Shown: positions 27,982-32,000 of the stretch, one piece after another
Numbering within the stretch: the first letter of the stretch is position 1
Layout: the number at the start of each line of letters is the position of its first letter
Source of the DNA: Alkalilimnicola ehrlichii MLHE-1
Lineage (GTDB): Bacteria > Pseudomonadota > Gammaproteobacteria > Nitrococcales > Halorhodospiraceae
Assembly: GCF_000014785.1 (NCBI RefSeq)
Contig: NC_008340.1
Coordinates: forward strand, 1,800,001-1,832,000
Length of the DNA: 32,000 nucleotides
Reading direction: 5' to 3'
The notes under the pieces: model-generated
What the model was told of the DNA's origin: nothing
Seen by the model: only the letters and a program-made list of their open reading frames with translations
Database searches by the model: none
Translations under genes and position numbers: made by a program

Positions 27982-29517
27982 CTAGCGCCACAGCGCCCCG
28001 CTGAGCAGGCGGCGGCCGCCCCGGGCCGCCTGCCGCACCACTTCAGCCACCCGGCCGCTGGCCGGCTGGCGCTCCAGGCGCACCCGCCGGCCCTGCGCCA
28101 TGACCGGCAGCAGCGCCTCCAGTTCCGCCAGCACCTGTTCCCGGTTATAGGGCGCCACCGCGTCGAGCCGGGCCGGGATGATCTGTCCCGGAGCGAGTTC
28201 CAGTTCCCGGGCCATGGCCTCTCGGGCGGCCGCGATGTTCTGCGCCTTGGGCCGCTCCTCGGGCGGGTCCCACCGGTAGGGCGGTGCCCACTCCCGCTTC
28301 GGCGACAGCCGGTCGATATGACTGGCGATCAGCCGGATCGGCGGTGAACGGCGCTCGGGATGGGCCTGGAAGTGGTCGCGCAGGGCCTGCAGTGCCGCCC
28401 GGTCCGGCCCCCGGTCCGCCCGGTGGGCCGGGCTCACCCAAAGCACCATATCGACGCCGTCGGCGGTCTGGATCAGCTGATCCACATCCCACTTCCGACC
28501 CAACCCCGGAGTGTCGATCAGCAGCACCTCGTCACCCCCGGGCAAGCCACAGATATAGCCTACCCGATCCCCGGTCAATGGCAGGGCATCGCTGCCCGCC
28601 TGCTGTTCGCCGAGCAGCACGTTGATCAGGGCCGACTTCCCGGCCTGCGGCTGCCCGACCACCAGCACCCGGGGCCGGCCCGGCAGCGCCGCCTCCCGCT
28701 CGGCCCCCTCGGCCTCGGCCAGCGCCGCCAGCGCCTCGGCATCCCGCTGCAGCCGGCCGGAGTAGAGCTCGATGGCCGCCCGTCCCACCTCCTCGACCCA
28801 GATCCGCCCCAGGCGCCGCAGCAGGTAGTCGCGCGCGGTGGTGGAGAGCTCCTGCATGAACAGCCCACGCAGTTCCGCAGCAAGGGCGTGGAGGGGGTTG
28901 GCCAGCCGCGCCAGACGGTAGGCCCGCCAGGCCCGCTGGCCATAGGAGAGCCCGGCAGTCACCGCCGGCTTGTAGCCCCACAGGCGCAGGACCTGCCCCA
29001 CCCGGATGCGGTGGGAGAACGGCACCTCATCCAGCAGCAGCCGGCGCAGGCGGGCGCTGATCCGTTCGCTGAGCAGCAGCGCCTCCGGCAGGGTGAAGGC
29101 CCATACCGGGTCGTCGTGCTCCGGGTGGTAATGGCCGGCCACCGCCCGCAGGGTCTGCTCGGCGGTCTGTAACAGGCGGTCCCGGTCGGTCACCAGCGTC
29201 GGCTCCACCGCCTCGCTGAGCCGGGCCACCTCTGCCCAGGCGGCCTGCTCCAACGGGGCCCAATCCGGGTCCGCCGGGCGCACGGGTTGTTCGGCCCGAT
29301 CACGCAGCTCGACCTGCCACCGCCGGCGGAGCCAGAGCAGCGCCGACCAGACCAGGCCGGTGGCGAACGCGGCCGCCCCCGCCCAGATCAGCAACCAGCC
29401 CTGCTGGTGAAGCCAGAGCAGGCCGAACCCGAACAGCGCGACGAAGGGGGCCGCCACCACCAGCGCCGCCAGCCCGAACCCCATCGCCCGAAGGCCTCTC
29501 CGCCACCGGCCGCTCAC
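27982..29517 (-). CDS. Membrane-associated GTPase-domain protein
   Basis: 511 aa; two N-terminal TM segments, P-loop GQPQAGKSALIN, DTPG G3 motif, unusual IASHIDRL at the G4 position. GTG start in a GTGA overlap with the upstream gene. Confidence 0.82.
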   Translation of the reverse strand: MSGRWRRGLRAMGFGLAALVVAAPFVALFGFGLLWLHQQGWLLIWAGAAAFATGLVWSALLWLRRRWQVELRDRAEQPVRPADPDWAPLEQAAWAEVARLSEAVEPTLVTDRDRLLQTAEQTLRAVAGHYHPEHDDPVWAFTLPEALLLSERISARLRRLLLDEVPFSHRIRVGQVLRLWGYKPAVTAGLSYGQRAWRAYRLARLANPLHALAAELRGLFMQELSTTARDYLLRRLGRIWVEEVGRAAIELYSGRLQRDAEALAALAEAEGAEREAALPGRPRVLVVGQPQAGKSALINVLLGEQQAGSDALPLTGDRVGYICGLPGGDEVLLIDTPGLGRKWDVDQLIQTADGVDMVLWVSPAHRADRGPDRAALQALRDHFQAHPERRSPPIRLIASHIDRLSPKREWAPPYRWDPPEERPKAQNIAAAREAMARELELAPGQIIPARLDAVAPYNREQVLAELEALLPVMAQGRRVRLERQPASGRVAEVVRQAARGGRRLLSGALWR

Positions 29518-30734
29518 GGCCCCTCCCCGGTGCCGGGGGCGGAGGCGACGGCCCGCCGGCGCACCAGGCCGAAGGCATCGCGCAGCGCCTCGCGGTAGGC
29601 CTGCTCGACGCCGGCGGTGGGATCACGGCCCGCCTCGGCCCGGGCCAGGTAATGGCACGCCGCGTGGCCCAGCGCATAGGTGACAGCGAAGCTGGTTGCG
29701 GCCGCCGCTGCGGCACCCACCGTCTGCCCGTAGCCCGGTACCAGCTTGCCGAGCTGCCGGGCGCCGTGGCCCAGGCCCAGCCCGGCCAGCGTCCCGGAGC
29801 CCAGGGCCGCGAGAAAGGCGCCGAGACTGCGCCGGTCCCAGGGAACCCCGTAGATCCGCCCAAGGCTGTGCAGCAGTTTGCCCTGCAGGACCGGGACCGA
29901 CACCAACCCCAACAGCGGCACGGCATCGCCGGCCGCGGCGGCGCTGGCGTAGCTGAGGATATGGGGCCGGGCCCGGTGCACCCGCGGGTCGTCGTCGGGG
30001 CGGCGCAGGTCCGCAAGGATCGCCGCCAGCCCCTCCGGCGCGAGCGCCTCCAGGGCATCGAGTAGCGCCTCCAGGCCGTAGAGCGGCGGGTCGAAACCCT
30101 CCTCGGCCGGGGTGAAGTCCACGGCCACCACCGCCACCGGCCCCCGGCCGGGCAGGGCCTGAAAGGCGCGGGCCTGCTCGTACCGGCACCGCTGTAGGTC
30201 CTCCAGACCGGGCGTCCGATCCAGCGCCGGGTAGGGTGGGTGATCGCGGCCGGCGGGATAGCCCTCATGGAGGCAGGTCTGGACCAGTAGCACCGGCCAG
30301 TCGGGGTGGGCACGGCGCACCTGACGCAGAGGCTCGAGCACCGCTTCCTGCTGCAGGTCCATGGCGCGCGCAACGGCCAGAACCACGTGGGCCTGGCCGC
30401 TGAGGGCGGCGAGGTCCTCGGCCGGATCATAGTCGGCCTCGCCCAGGCCCCGGCTATCGAGAAACCGCAGCAGCGGGGCATCGGGGGGGAAGTCGTAAAC
30501 CCGGGCCGAGCGGGTACAGCTTTGGAAGCCGGTGCCCACCGTGGCCGCCGGATCGCCGGTGAGGGCGCGCACCAGAGAGGTCTTTCCCGATTGCACCTTC
30601 CCCACCAGCCAGAGCACGGGCGCCGCCTCCCGCGCCTTCCGGGCCAGCTCCGCCTGGTCCACCCCGACCCGCTCCGGGCGCAGCGCGGCATCGATCAGGC
30701 GCTGCCAGGCGCGGGCAAGGCGGGGGCCGGTCAC
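29514..30734 (-). CDS. GTPase with C-terminal DUF697/YcjF-like membrane region
   Basis: 406 aa; P-loop GKVQSGKTSLVRAL, DSRG G3, C-terminal VPGYGQTVGAAAAAATSFAVTYALGHAACHYL resembling DUF697. GTG start in a GTGA overlap. Confidence 0.8.
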   Translation of the reverse strand: MTGPRLARAWQRLIDAALRPERVGVDQAELARKAREAAPVLWLVGKVQSGKTSLVRALTGDPAATVGTGFQSCTRSARVYDFPPDAPLLRFLDSRGLGEADYDPAEDLAALSGQAHVVLAVARAMDLQQEAVLEPLRQVRRAHPDWPVLLVQTCLHEGYPAGRDHPPYPALDRTPGLEDLQRCRYEQARAFQALPGRGPVAVVAVDFTPAEEGFDPPLYGLEALLDALEALAPEGLAAILADLRRPDDDPRVHRARPHILSYASAAAAGDAVPLLGLVSVPVLQGKLLHSLGRIYGVPWDRRSLGAFLAALGSGTLAGLGLGHGARQLGKLVPGYGQTVGAAAAAATSFAVTYALGHAACHYLARAEAGRDPTAGVEQAYREALRDAFGLVRRRAVASAPGTGEGP

Positions 30735-32000
30735 GACCGCGGGGATCCCGGCTCCAGCGCCGCCACTTCGTCGTGGATCAGCCGGGCAATGGCGTGCTCG
30801 TCATCGCCCAGGGCCTTCAGGCGCTCGGCGCTGATCGGTTCGCCCACCACCACCGTGGCACGGCCGAATCGGGGCAGCCGGCGCCCCTTGGGCATGAGCT
30901 CACGGGTGCCCTCGACCCAGACCGGCACCACGGGGACCGGCCAGGCGCGCAAGAGCAGGCCGACACCGGGCTGGAAGGGCTGCAGGCGGCCATCTGGTGA
31001 GCGCGCGCCCTCGGGGAACCAGACCAGGCTGTCCTGCCGCTGCAGGGTCATGGCCGCCAGGGCCAGGCTGCGCCGTGGCGCGGAGGCCGGATCCACCGGC
31101 AGGACACCCGCCGCGCGGCTGAACCAGCGACTGACCGGCCCTTGGAACAGCAGCCCGGTCCAGCCGGCCCAGCGTAGGTGCAGCATGCGGCGCAGCCCAA
31201 CGGCGTGGGACAGCACCACCGGGTCGAGCACGCTCAGGTGACGCGGGGCGATCAGCACCGGGCCATCGTCCGGCAGCCGCCCGCGCACCTCCACCCGCAC
31301 CCACACACGGGTGAAGAGCGAGGCCAGCGCCCAGAGCAGTCGGGCCGAGACGGCGCTCAGGGCACTGCGCGGCTCGAGCCAGCGCTGCAGATCCTCGGGT
31401 ACATTCGACTCGGGGCGGCGCAATTCCGCCACCAGGTCGCCGGCCCCCTCGGCCGTGCCCTCGCTCTGCCCCGCCCCGGCGGCCTCGCGGAGCAGATCGC
31501 GGACGGTCTCGATGCGCCCGATGGCGTCGTCATCGAACTCGACACCAACCCGGTCGCGCAGGGTCAGGCTGAGGTTGACCCAGGCCAGTGAGTCCAGCCC
31601 CAGGTCCAGGGACAGGCTGGTGTCCGGTGTCAGGCGAAAGTCCGGGTATTTTTCGACCAGGTACTCCCAGGTGGCCTCCGCCGACGGGTCGGTGAGCAGT
31701 TGCTGGTCCTCCGGCGCCATGGACTCCCGGGGGATGGGCTCGGCCTTGGCGGCACTGACCCCGCCCTGTTCCGCCAGGCGGTCGTACAGGTGCTGCAGTT
31801 CGTGGCGGCGAAGCTTGCCCAGCCGGGTCCGCGGCAGCGGGTCCACCGCCACCTGCAGCCGGCCCGGGCGGTGGTGGCTGGGCAGTGCACGGCCGGCCGC
31901 CTGCACCGCACTGATCAGCCGCTCGCGCAGGGCCTCGCCCTGGTGGGCCCGCAGCAGGGCCGGCTCCGGGACCGCCACGCCGACCAGTCGCCCGCCGGAC
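30731..32000 (-). CDS. Multidomain protein: end of an AMP-dependent ligase, acyl carrier domain and PlsC-type acyltransferase; truncated by window end
   Basis: PLPRTRLGKLRRHEL (ligase C-terminal Lys motif), LGLDSLAWVNLSLTL (phosphopantetheine attachment Ser), APRHLSVLDPVVL (Hx4D) and FPEGARSPDG (acyltransferase block III). The reading frame is open to position 32000. Confidence 0.88.
   Translation of the reverse strand, partial: SGGRLVGVAVPEPALLRAHQGEALRERLISAVQAAGRALPSHHRPGRLQVAVDPLPRTRLGKLRRHELQHLYDRLAEQGGVSAAKAEPIPRESMAPEDQQLLTDPSAEATWEYLVEKYPDFRLTPDTSLSLDLGLDSLAWVNLSLTLRDRVGVEFDDDAIGRIETVRDLLREAAGAGQSEGTAEGAGDLVAELRRPESNVPEDLQRWLEPRSALSAVSARLLWALASLFTRVWVRVEVRGRLPDDGPVLIAPRHLSVLDPVVLSHAVGLRRMLHLRWAGWTGLLFQGPVSRWFSRAAGVLPVDPASAPRRSLALAAMTLQRQDSLVWFPEGARSPDGRLQPFQPGVGLLLRAWPVPVVPVWVEGTRELMPKGRRLPRFGRATVVVGEPISAERLKALGDDEHAIARLIHDEVAALEPGSPRS

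Noticed and set aside
29623-30189. Additional ORFs within the GTPase genes (e.g. 29300..30691 minus, 463 aa)
   Set aside because: Out-of-frame shadows of the two real GTPase frames, with low-complexity translations.

Overview
This is a high-GC, chromosome-like gammaproteobacterial window. The tandem HiPIP genes suggest a halophilic or purple-sulfur-type lineage, but the genus is inference only. I found no CRISPR array, transposase, integrase or recognisable defence island. Coding content, left to right: an HlyD / FtsX-permease / putative outer-membrane protein / LolD-like ATPase export cluster (minus); oligopeptidase B (minus); an acyl-CoA-ligase-like enzyme (minus); TatD (plus); DusA (minus); a glutaredoxin-like protein, a YkuD L,D-transpeptidase and an Lpp/OprI-like lipoprotein (plus); a LysM-like/YkuD transpeptidase, a NUDIX hydrolase and LipA (minus); a ChaN-PDZ lipoprotein and two tandem Tat-exported HiPIPs (plus); a DUF6231-like protein (plus); an alpha/beta hydrolase (minus); PepN, Prc and a 3-hydroxyisobutyryl-CoA-hydrolase-like protein (plus); a small orphan ORF (plus); a membrane protein (minus); tRNA-Ser(UGA) (plus); an EamA transporter (minus); a DksA homolog missing three of the four zinc cysteines (plus); and a translationally coupled cluster of ligase-ACP-acyltransferase plus two GTPases (minus). 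The least explained items are the coupled GTPase / lipid-enzyme cluster (27982-32000), the zinc-finger-degenerate DksA, the HiPIP pair, the putative outer-membrane protein inside the export operon, and a promoter whose TATAAT lies inside a perfect inverted repeat near 24963-24984. All identities come from motifs and recalled family knowledge; no database search was run.
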